The position numbers were made by a program, and so were the translations under genes. Below are positions 42,301-54,300 of a stretch of DNA of 64,000 bases, one piece after another. The notes under the pieces are model-generated. The model was not told where the DNA came from. It searched no databases and saw only the letters and a program-made list of their open reading frames with translations. Within the stretch, counting starts at the first letter, position 1. The number at the start of each line of letters is the position of its first letter. Origin of the DNA: Phoronis australis (taxonomy: Eukaryota > Animalia > Phoronida); NCBI GenBank assembly GCA_002633005.1, contig NMRA01000322.1, positions 1 through 64,000 on the forward strand. The letters are read 5' to 3'.

Positions 42301-45300
42301 TGGAGTTGTGACTTGATATCAGCTCCATGTTCAATCATGCATACGAATTGAAGAAGTGAGTCAGGCACAGCATCTTCAAGACATCCATCGTGGAATGTGC
42401 CGTTGAATGGTCTTTTATGCTTCACCATGTCATTTCGTATTATTGCAGCAGTCTTGGCCAAGTGGATTGCTTCACCATACTTGCTGGCTTGTGCTAGAAT
42501 TTCTCCCACGTCTGCCTTAAAGGCAAGAAGGACATCTCGTCCTTGATGATGAGCTTCTAATTCTGGAATGTGGAACAGCAACCGTTCTTTTAGTCGGGTT
42601 GCATGTGTGACGGATGATTCGATACCTAGCTGCTCCAGCCTTTTCCTGTACAGACAACACAAGTCTACAAGTCGGAAAACCGGTGGATCTGAACCATCAC
42701 TTGCAGTTTTCACCTCAGTAATATATGTCACGAGTTCCGAAAAAGCCATCGGATATGCATTCTTTGTTTGAAGAGTCCCTTCTTCTTTCTTCTGCTTTTG
42801 AGCATTCAGAAATGCTCTTTCTCTGTTGTACAGAGCTACCAAGCATGCTGGGTGATATTTTACTTCCCGTGCGATGGCATCTCCGGCACTCAGTTTTGCC
42901 AGGAGCTTACCGTCATTGAGAGTCTTGGCACATTCATTGACTTTGTGGTTCAATTTCAAGGTCATAGCTAGTCTCAGTGTTTCCCCTTCCTCCTCACACA
43001 AGAAGCATTCGGTCGTCTTGGGGTCTATGATTATCCTTGGTAATTTGCTGTTGTTGCTACTGTCACTAATGTCTGGTACAAGGCTGATGATCTTTTTTCA
43101 GCTAGCTGCAACTTCGTATTGCAGAAGAGCAGCCTGCAGTTGGAATGGTACTGGGCATTGTTCTTTCTCAAAGTATTCTCTATCCCGCAGCCATCATCAA
43201 GTCTTGCGGGATCCAAATTTATTGGCAATTCATTGAGAGAATGAAATCGAGGAATATTCCTTCCCAACTGGCTGTATCCGTCATCTTGCCGTTTCGAAGG
43301 ATTTGAAAGTGGAGACGTGAGACCTTCCTTCATCTCCGTTTGACAAAGGCAACATTTGTCCCAGTTGGTGCGCCAAAATGTTTTACTTGAACCCATTGTT
43401 ATTGTATGATACGCAGGGTCGAGGATTTATCCTTTTACCACCCTGTGTCTCGGGCACTTTACTGTATAGGATACGACTAGGTTCATGCATTTTGCCTTAC
43501 TCCTAGCCCGATCGTTCATCCGACGCCATTTAAGTCCCGTGCGATCTGTACACCATCCGGATAACTATGAACCCCATTATCCTTGGCTCGGCTTTCCCGC
43601 GCTGGCACATCCTGTCAATTCAAGTGCGGCTGCTTAACTGATGGGATAGATTGAACAGCATTTGGGACACTAAACAGGTATATCTAATAAATATTCCTCT
43701 TCAGCTGACATTGAACCCCATGCTGAGTTTCACAGCAGTAATTGTCACCAGTGTGCCCTGGTAGTGCCAGACAATTACTCACCAGACATTGTCTTCAAGT
43801 CATGACCCGTCATCTTCATGTTCAGTATGTTTAGAGGTAGACATGCTTCAGTTCTCACACACGCAGCTTTTGTGTGTTAGTCTCACTTAGTTTTGCCCGC
43901 GAGCCAACGCGGTGTCCTGTGGTGTGGCCGTTGCTGCGCTTCTTGGCGTAGTGGTGAGGACCAGTGCCAGACGTCCATCCAGGGGATGTGGCTGACTGCT
44001 GAAACAAAGGTACTACCTCTACCACTACACCCGTACACCCCATGTATAATATATAATCAGCTATTGATACAAAGACAAAAGCAGCATGACCAAAGCATTC
44101 GACCAGACAGAAAACATACAAATTGACCGAATTAAAGTGTATTATTGCCTATATCCTAACAATATACGTAATTGAGAGTGTTCACAGTGTCCAAAATGAA
44201 TTAAGCATACCCAAAATTATAACATTTGACACCATGATCGCTAAAATAGGTTGGGTAGCTACTGATTTACAAGGAAATTCATTATCACGAACACAGGATA
44301 GCGGCCATCTTGAAAAATGACCGCCATCTTGGATTTTCAGGTGGCTAGTCGGACAGAACTCTTAGGTATGCTATTACGAGTCATCATGGAAAATTTGGTG
44401 CTTGTATCATCATTTGCACAGTTCGGGTGCATATTTGCACTTATATGCCCAGCTACGTGCAACTCGTACCGCTGGAGCAAAAAGTAGTTAATGAGAAATA
44501 ATTGAGTTTGTGTGGATCAGGCTGCGACTTGCGTAATCTTGGGTCTTGCGTCTACGGAACGCAGTCCTGGGTGGAGTTCAGTAGCCAAAATCACGTGCTC
44601 TTGTTAAAAGTACACGGCAAATCTCGCCTAATTTCGCAATGTCTGCTTTTTCTAGGGGGGTTCTAGCGTTACTGAACTCTACCCTCTATATTATGGTTAA
44701 TGAAAAAAGAGTACAATTCGTCAGAAAGGAATTGTGTCAATTGGCAAAAGGACACTATTAATTAGAAAGCCGCCACTTATCATGGCGCAGGAAAGTTGCC
44801 TGCCCTGTAGGACGGGGAAGTCTACTTTCAGAAATGTCTCAGATCCATGTGCATTACGTAGAGAGTTTGCTTGAGCAGAAAATTAATCATATTTACTTAA
44901 CTGGTTTCGTTTTCAAACTTCTGGTGGCGGTTTTGATCTCATTTGGAAAAGACCGGCTTGATCCTCTGGAGTGCAGAGCAAGGGTTGTTATAGGAGAAGC
45001 TCAGTTGACATTTCATTTAACGTGAACCACTGAACGTGTAGGTTGTGAAATTTCCGACAGTCTACTAAAATGTTTTAAGGCGTACATTGCATTACATTCT
45101 ATACGCACGCCTACGTACATGTATAAAGACCCAGTTGCTTTGTTCAAGTATTATGTATGTCCATCATTTTAGGCTGGGCGACGTTACACATGTGTTTACT
45201 GGGATGAATACGGTACGTATATACGTAAGTTCACTATAAACACGAGTGCGTTTCGTATACCAAGTTTTTAGCGAAATCGCATAAAATCAAGCCAAATCAT

Positions 45301-48300
45301 GCGAGTGAATGCCAGTTACAGGCTAGTATCCTCAAGACCTTGTGCCAAAATGCAGTCGATGGTGTTTTCCACGGATAAATTTTAAACAAAATTATGTCTT
45401 TTTGCCTTGTTAAGTTCAAAAAGTGACCAAAAGTTTTCGATCAAAGAGCCGCTGTTTACTATTCATGGCAAACGCTCTCCGTTTATGTCACAAAATTGCT
45501 GTGAGACCTGACCCCATTTTAAAAAGTTTGAATCGTGGTTGTAGATCTTACTATAGTACCTTGACAAAATGGCGGCCACAGAAATGATTGGCTGGAATAC
45601 TGAATTATGTGATTGAATTGATGCATTGTAGGATTTTAATCGCTGTTTCCGTCTACGGAACGCAACCTCGATATTATATTTCTGAGATCGTTCGTGTGCA
45701 CCATTAAAATATCTGAGGAAAAATTGCCTACTATTCAATTTTCAAAGATTTTTGAAGTCTAGCGTTAGGAAACAATATCAAAGCTCATTGTCAAGTACAA
45801 TAATGAAGTAATTTTACACGTAGTAAACTACTGCAGTAATTTCTTTTGAAAGTCTCAAAATCATCATTAATCATTATTTTTCCTTTTCGAAATTCACACT
45901 CTGTGTCATGAAAGTCCCATTGCGGACTCATTATAAAATGACATAATATTAAATCTGTGAACAAATAGGACACGTGAATCTCGCGGTATTTGCCAACAAT
46001 GTTGCAAAATGCATCACGCAGCTCTCTAGCCTCGTTTTACCCATTGGAATTTCTCATGTTACTTATCTGTGCCTTGCTTTTTAAGTTTTTCCCGATTGCA
46101 CTAACTGTATTCGACCATTTCTGTGCTGTTGACTGCAGAAAGATTGGTAAACTTGAGAAGTACTGCATTTGTGGCTGCAATGTTTTCCTCGGCGCGCTTC
46201 ATAGAATCAGTGCAACAGTTCTAAAACGATGTCAATGTAACAACGCCGTTTTTCTACCTCCGGGTCAAACGATATTTTTATCCGGGACAGCCATATTGCT
46301 TAACCTGTAAAGCTTTTTTGTAGAGCTTAACAAAATCGAAGTTACTTTTTTCCTGCGTGCGCGTTCAACATTTGCTTTTCGAGTCTAACTTTGGTGACAT
46401 TAGAATATAACAGAATTCTGTGTTCCCCACTCGTTCTTTTAAGATGGATATCTCGTTTTGTATATTTAACTGTTCACTACTGGGACGCCATTACGCAAAA
46501 TTCTATTTTTGCTTATAAATTCCTCATTAAGTAATGCAGGCAAATTTTTTGTTGTCGTTACCTGTGTTTTCATGGTCAGCAAATTCAACAGTGCAAGTTT
46601 TAGGGGAATACGTAGTCAATTTGCAAAATTTGTGCAAATCAACTTGCCGTCATTACTCAAAATTTTACTTATTCTTATGCATGTAGCCACGGCACCAAAC
46701 ACCACATCCCTATGGCCAATTAGTTTAATGATAAATTAGCATAATTGATGCATATTAAGGTCATTTTTTTTCTTTATAACGTCCTTATCAAGCACTGCAG
46801 ACAGGTTATTTTAATGTTTTCACCCATGCTTCCATTGGTCAGTGAATTCAAAGGAGCTCGTTTGCTTGTGGAAACATCGGGAAATTGCATAATATATACA
46901 CAATAAAGGGAATGCCACCCAAAACGCAACGTATTTTGTATCAAGTTAAATATGAGTAGTTCCACTCGATAACAGCAAGTTCTGTTTTTGTACCTGACAC
47001 CACACGGCAGACAGAGATGGTGAAATTTAACCAATGAAGTCACAGGTTCTATATATCTAAATAAAAATTCCTCTAACATCTTACCACAGCATATGAAATT
47101 GAGTTATAGTTTCACAACAGCTTTCTCACAGGAAACCATGAATTAGCATGCACTCACACAGCCACGTTCAATTAGTTTTATTATCTGAAGCCTGTAACGC
47201 AGTATGAATTATTCATTGTTGATTTCTCAAAACATTTGCACTCACGATCTTAAGGCATTACAAATTGTATCTACTGAGACAGACTTTGACATTTTGTTTC
47301 TTTGTTATATAAACATTGGTTAGGGTGAAAATAGTTCGTTTTGAAACAGAAAAATGCCGGTCACAGACACGGAGACTTTTCGTGGCCTCATCCTTGGTAT
47401 TAATGGCGTATTTTTCGTTCTTTACTGCCGGGAACCAGTTCCGAAGTATTTCGAGTTCTCGAAAAAACGATATACTCGCTTTCCTCACAGTTTGATGGTT
47501 CGCACAAGCGAAACGAATCGCCACATCATAGCAGCACATACTGAGATGAAGAACCCCCGGCCCTTTGCTGCGTCTTGTCAACACCTATTGGCGAGGTGGG
47601 ATCGATTGTATACGATGTGACGTGGATATGAACCAATTAAGAGGGTGACAAAAACTTATTAAAACGGGTGACATTTTCCTTTTAAGACCGCCATTATTCA
47701 AAAATATACTTTTGCTTATTGCTAAAATTCCAGGCACCAAAGGTAAATAAACTATTTCATCACTTGCACCCATGTTTATGTTGTCAATTAATTCAATGAA
47801 ATCAGTCTGTAAGCTGTTGCATGATAAATTTGTATATTTTATACAAATAAAGGCATAACCATTTGAAATACTGTTTCTGCTCCTCACTTCCGTATGGGCA
47901 TTGCATATAGATTATTTCCATAACTCATCATTTAATGGTCATCATGAATTTGCATAATTGATAATTTACACAAATTACAGCTACCATTATTCAAAATTCT
48001 GCTCGTGCTTTCAACAGCTACACCAGACATGGGCGGCGCAGCACTGAAAATTTTAAGGGGCTAAAGGCCCCTCAGCCTCCTCCCCTGTGGGTCATCGCCT
48101 ATAGACCATGTGCAGCGTAGCACGGAAGAATTGGGGGGCTATACCCCCCCTCCCCTTACGGTGCGCCGCCCATGCCTGACGCTAGCTAATAAGAGTTCCA
48201 CCAGTGTTTCTGCAGTCAGTAAATTTAATGGAATCTGTTTGCTGGCTGTAGTATGCCAAATTCGCAGAATCTCATTTTTGAAGATGAAGTGAGAAAATGT

Positions 48301-51300
48301 TTTATGTAGGCTGTGCTCAGTAGTTTGAGACTAGATTCCAAAAATATTACTTTTTGTCCTGCTTCCAAAGACCATAGAAAAATGCAGCTTAGTTTATTGA
48401 CCTGGGTGAATACTGGAATGGGCCTCGGTGCAATCAGCTTATAGGGACCACAAACATGAGAAACGGATACAGTAGCTAGGACATAGTAGGGAATTGTTCT
48501 CAAAAAAGAGACTATGAAGCTCTGAGCATAAGTTCCCATTTGTACTACAAGACTGAAACAGGTTTTGGAGGGATGGAGAGCGATAACATTGCGTCTTGTA
48601 TTGAAACTTATCACATGAAGAAAGCAATACTCATCTTGAACCCCAAGATGTTGCACGAATCTTTCAAAAAGTAGATGCAATGTACCAGCATCGATCTATT
48701 GGAGACGCCCTACGAAGAAGCTGGCTCCATTGTCGTGCAGCAGGCCGTACAATGTGCATGGGAAGTTAGCAAATTTTCGGTTGTTTCGGATGACACAAAT
48801 GTATTTGTGCATCGTGTGCAATGACTGTCACAAGGAACAACTTCAAACATCACAACCATGCAATCAGCTAGTAGGTATAGAACAGTCGTAGATATTTTAA
48901 TGTCTAGGATTTAAAAGTTGACACTGGAAACATATAGTGATATTGTGATCTACCCCCTACCCATGCGCTGTAGGGGTGTTACACGGTGGCATGCTACTAT
49001 GGAGTTGGAAAAGGATCCATTGTTAAAATATTGAAGGCTGGACATGACGTGTCTGCCATCCGCACTATTAATGCACATTTTTATTTAAGTCAAAAAACAG
49101 GCCACTAAATGAATGTCTGAATGTTGAGGAGCCAGACTACTAGTATGGAGAAGAAAAACGACAATGAATGTACGTTCCCTCCCCTTCCCCCCAAACTATG
49201 TGCTTTGTCACCCGACAACAGACTGGAGGCATTCACACAGAATGTAAACAGAGCCAATTACCAGTCAGTCTTTATGTAGTGCATTAACAAAATGTTTAAT
49301 AATGGCGGCCTCTATTTGCATAAATTATGCAAATTTATCATGCATCTTGTAAACTGGTTTTATTAACCTAACTAACCATAGGAATATCGGTGCCAATATC
49401 ATGATTGTTTTCGTGTGGTGCTTGGTAACGCACATATAAGCATATAAGAAGAATTTTGAATAATGGCGGCCTCAGTTTGCAAACGTTTTTCAGTAAACTA
49501 ATTGACGTAACTATAAGCACATGAAGAATTTTGAATAATGGCGGCCTTAATTTGAATATTTTATGCAAATTAACGATCTATATCTACCAAATAACTTGCC
49601 CTCCTAAATTCTCCGACAGCGGAAATATGGGTGAAAAACGTCAAAATAATCTGCCTGCCCTGCTTAATAAGGAAATTATCAGCAAAAACAGAATTTTGTA
49701 TAATGACCACCTTAATTTGCATATTTAAAATTGCTCAAGGGTTACAGTCAACCCCTAAATCATTGTCACACTATCATATGCTACATGAAACAGCAACGAA
49801 AAGCTTTATTTGACAAATCCAGGTTCAGCCCCCTGGCTCTCTAATTAGAATGTTAGGGGTCGCGCACATAATTTGTGATCGGTTGCACGATCGTAATTTC
49901 AACATTCACCGTGGCAAATTACTCAACTGTTCTATATCATTAAGACATTACGATTCTAGGAGGACGATGGAGTAGTGATGGGGTGAAAAGCTTAACAACA
50001 GGAGGCGTTACAACCACATGCTGCTCCAAACATCTGACAAGTTTTTCGATGTTGTTGGTTAGTATGTGTCTATAACTTTTCCTTTACACAGAGAATCTGT
50101 AGTGCAGGAATAGTGGTGAAGAGGGTCTGTGATGACGTCAGTCCGTATTGTTGCAGACGAAACATGTAGGATACAATGGAACCCAATGCTCTGAAACCCA
50201 AAAGTCATGTTTGACTTTGTCGACATTTAAATGGGTCGAGATGGAAGTACACATGTGTGTTAGTTTGTTACAAACATGACTTTGTTCGGACAAGTGGGCT
50301 GTTGTGTCCAATGGTTTTGAAACTTAGGAGGAACCTTGTAGCAGCAGAAGAAAACGTGGGACAGTTTCAAAACACAACCAGAGTTTCGACATGTTTTCAT
50401 AAAACTTTTTAACACTCCCCGCCCATCGACTTTGACTCTTCCATGCCTTATGGAAAATTTATTGAACCCTAACAGTGGTGTATATACCCACAGCAGGATG
50501 GAAGGGTGCACATTGTGATGGCGACGACACCACAATAGTCACTAAAGAATGATAACCAAATAGAGTCATGTTTCACACTTGCAGGATCCTGACCCGGACA
50601 CAATTATCAGTGATCTAGACGACGTCATATTGACCGTGCTCTCGTATTGTGGATGTTCCTTGTCCATGCTAGGATTGATGATGACGTTAATAACTTACAT
50701 GCTCTTCAGGTAACAGTTATATGCTTTTGGCGTACAAAACGTCAGCGGCGCATTTCAGCTGAAAGAAAAATATCTCAAAATGAATGTATGTGTCATGTTG
50801 AATTGGTGAAACATTAGAAGTGAGGATGAACCTTGGACAACTATTTTCCAAGTTGGGCCATGGTCTAACTCTCATGTCTTCCACGTGCCTGCCTGCTCAG
50901 AGTGGCAAAATGTCAATTATTTTAGGTTAAATTACTCGAAAACGTGAAAGCCAAACTTTCAGAACTTCTAAAATTCTTAAGGTATATCACTAGAACCACC
51001 AAACTTGTATTCCCCCACCCCTCCCCCCAAGTAGGAAGAGATTTTTTAAGCTTACTAGATTTGAATGGACAATATGTATGGTCTAAGTGTGGTTATTTTC
51101 AAGGTGACTTCAGGTTATGCTAGGTGTCATTGTCTCCCTATGCGCTGACGTAACCCTCAGTTTTTAAATTTTAAAATGTCCTTGTTTTCATATTAGAACA
51201 TTAGTACCTGACTCTCTCCCGACAGGTACCTCTCGAAAGATCAGTCTGGCCAAATCCTGGTGCAACTGTGTGCATCCATGTTGCTTATGAACATGGCTTA

Positions 51301-54300
51301 CGTCATCGCTTCCGTCGGAGAGGCTTTACCAACAGAAATCTGTATAGCAGCAGGGGTTGCCGTCCACTTTTTTGTTCTTTCAACATTCCTCTGGATGGCT
51401 GCAGAAGCCTACAACATGTACAGAATGCTGATCACTGTGTTCAAGACCAACGAAAGACTGTTCATTTTGAAAAGATGCGCATTTGCGTGGGGTATGTTTA
51501 CGTTTCTAAGAGCAATGGTTCCAAAGTAATCGAAACTGTCTGTTTTGAAGATCAAAATATGTTTTAACACGTGCAGTTTAAAGACAAAAGCACTGAACAT
51601 GGGCGGTGCACCACAGGGGTCTGCGGGGGGACTACAGATCCCACTTTTTTCAGTACTGCGCCGCCTATGATTTATCTGACGAATTATCAGAGGTAGGCAC
51701 TGCCTAAGTAACTTCTTGGAATACTGAATTTTTTTCGTCCAGATTTAATCGACTCGCATATTACGAAATTACTTAAAGGCTTCAAACGGGTATCCTTTTG
51801 TGGAACGGATTCAGCTTTAGCCGGGTTTGCGCTAGACATGGGAAGTTGCCCTGGTGGTACATGCTTGAGTTAGGAAACAAAAAACATGTGCTGTTATCAA
51901 TACTTTTAAGTATTACTTGCTATTGTCATCCAATTTTTTCCTGATCGAATTTCATTTTGTTGTTGAACGCAATTTTTATAGTTATTTCACCATACACAAT
52001 TGTAATGGTGGTAATACCACGAAGTACATACACGCAATGTGTCTTTATTACCATACCTCAAATTCACATGTACAAATCTATTCATGAAGGTACGTTTTAC
52101 GTGTGTAGCTGTAGTGAACAAAGTCCTCAATCAAATTATATTGGTGCCATTCCCATCATAGAAAAGCGTGGAGTCGATAGCTCTGCGAACAGAATGTGGC
52201 AAAGAGAGAGCGCAGTGGCCAGGGGGATTATGTACTTCTGTACCAATCGAATGAGGCAAAAGATGACCTAGATAAACACCGTAAACACCTGACTTGATGC
52301 GGGACACCACGATTACTTGTTTGCAACAGTGACCGTCTTTGTTTAGGCCTACAATTGAATTTGAACCCAAAATGCAAAACTGTGGTGATTGTCTACTGTT
52401 TATGGCCAATATTACACAGAAAGACTGTTTTCATATCAGGACTTAACGCTGATGAAAACTGGAAGCACGAAACTTTTGAACAGTTGATTCTGTGGGCTAG
52501 TAGTTGTAGGCCTACGTAGAAAAAGGAAAACCCAGTGCATGAGCCTTTCTCCGCTTTTTGCAAAAATGGACATAAAGTGGAATTACATGTATCTATGGCA
52601 CTGCACTAAAAAGTGGAATAAAGGTTAATTGATATCTTAGCCACTTGCTTCTATAGAAGTACTTTTAACGGGAAGGATAAGCGAGGAACTCACACAGTCC
52701 CGTAGTCGTGGTTTCGCAGTAGGTCTCCGTGAAACACAGCAGCACACGGATTACGCCTACGTGGCGGCGAACGGATTCGCATAAAATATCGAGACCGCTC
52801 CTTCGCTTGACTCGATTTTCGGAAACGNTGAGTGATTTGCGTAAGAGCAACGAGTCCCATTTTTTTATCACTGAAACTGGTACTTATCCACGGCTGAAAA
52901 ACGATTCATCAGTGGGGACGAGAGCGCCTGGGAGTGACCGGTAAAGCTACTGAACTTAAAATTAAAAAAGACCAAGTAGTAATTTGCGGTAGTATGATGC
53001 ATATTTATAATATTCTTACCAGTCACTAACATTCTGTCGCAACTCCTGCGCACCTTCTGCCCGTTCATATTCACTGCACGAACCGGCTGGGGCTGGATCG
53101 TCGACAACCGGAGCAAGGGGATCGAGGGAAAACGGTTCTACTAGAGAGAAGGTGTGAGCACAAATTGTTCCTATGGGGTCTATCGCCTCCTCCTCCACAT
53201 CCGAAACGTCAGAATCGTCTGAAAACTCCACCTGACCCTCCCTGTATCTTTCAAAATATTCTTCATCTACGCTGCTGTACTCACTGGGATCCATACTGTT
53301 TTCTTTGTGTTCCCCAACACCACGTCAAAGATGTGTAACGAAGGAAAATGGCGCCGTTTCTATTTTCCGTTACAACAAGGCGTTACAACGCCACGGCAAC
53401 AAATATGTAAATAACTTTTTATAGCGACGTACAATTCAGTTAATGTTAAGAATATAGCAAGAATAATTATAAACACAAATTTAGAGCATATTGTTGTTCA
53501 GATTGGTTGAGACCTTGCAATTTACACTTTAAGACAAACAAAAAACACGCCGGTGTTTTGCTGCCGCAGAACCCGGCGCCTTTCCGTCGCGGGAACGAAT
53601 GGGAATGAGACGCCGGAGGCAGGGCGGGTATCCTCGCGGCCGCTCTCGAGTTGTTCAGTTTGTCCGACGGAGTCGAATGTCAACATCCGGGTCCGAAATA
53701 AGCGTTTTAATATAAAGATAGCCTCCAGCTACCTACGCACTCCTTTTACACCAGAAATACAAGTATTTTTGAATAAAATATTGTTTTTGCTTCTTGTATA
53801 CCACAGAAAGTAATTAATTGCGAAGTAAATTACATCGCCCATAATTCGGAACTCGTTTTATTCGAGTTTCTCAGAGATATTCTCAATCAGTCAGCTTAAA
53901 GTAGAATTTTTAACATCATCGTGCCAACGAAATTTCCCCCTAGGAGGTAGACTACTTATCGGTATGTGAGTTAATATACCGCGTTGTGCGGTATACGGGT
54001 GAAGCAATGTAAGCGGTAATGGTTAATTCATGGTATGTATATATTTGGCAAGACCCACTAAATTACGTCAGTGCGCGTTATAGAACTGAAATATCGAATA
54101 CTTCGAACCGCCATGCATACCATCGATTCAGACAAGCCACAGGTGTCATAAAGTGACCGCCAATTGAGATAAGCCACAGTTGCCATAAAGTGACCGCAAG
54201 TTCAACTATCGTGACTCAAAAACTTATGTAAAACAAAAAGTAACGACAGTGTCTGTTAACACAACGCCAAGTGCACATTTTCAAGTTTTTTGGGAGGTAC

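Larger units (their letters stand above)
46487..49843 (+). mobile_element. Second, heavily decayed Academ-like element (left end uncertain)
   Basis: + strand relic at about 48700-49265 reads YEEAG..QQA..VVSDDTNVFV..HAL.GC.TVACYYGVGKG..PKLCAL..EAFTQNVNRANYQ. Region 46487-46760 is an inverted homolog of about 49300-49710. The right end finishes in CTA. Confidence 0.7.

Noticed and set aside
39104-43236. + strand ORFs overlapping the Academ ORF
   Set aside because: Antisense shadows of the transposase coding sequence.
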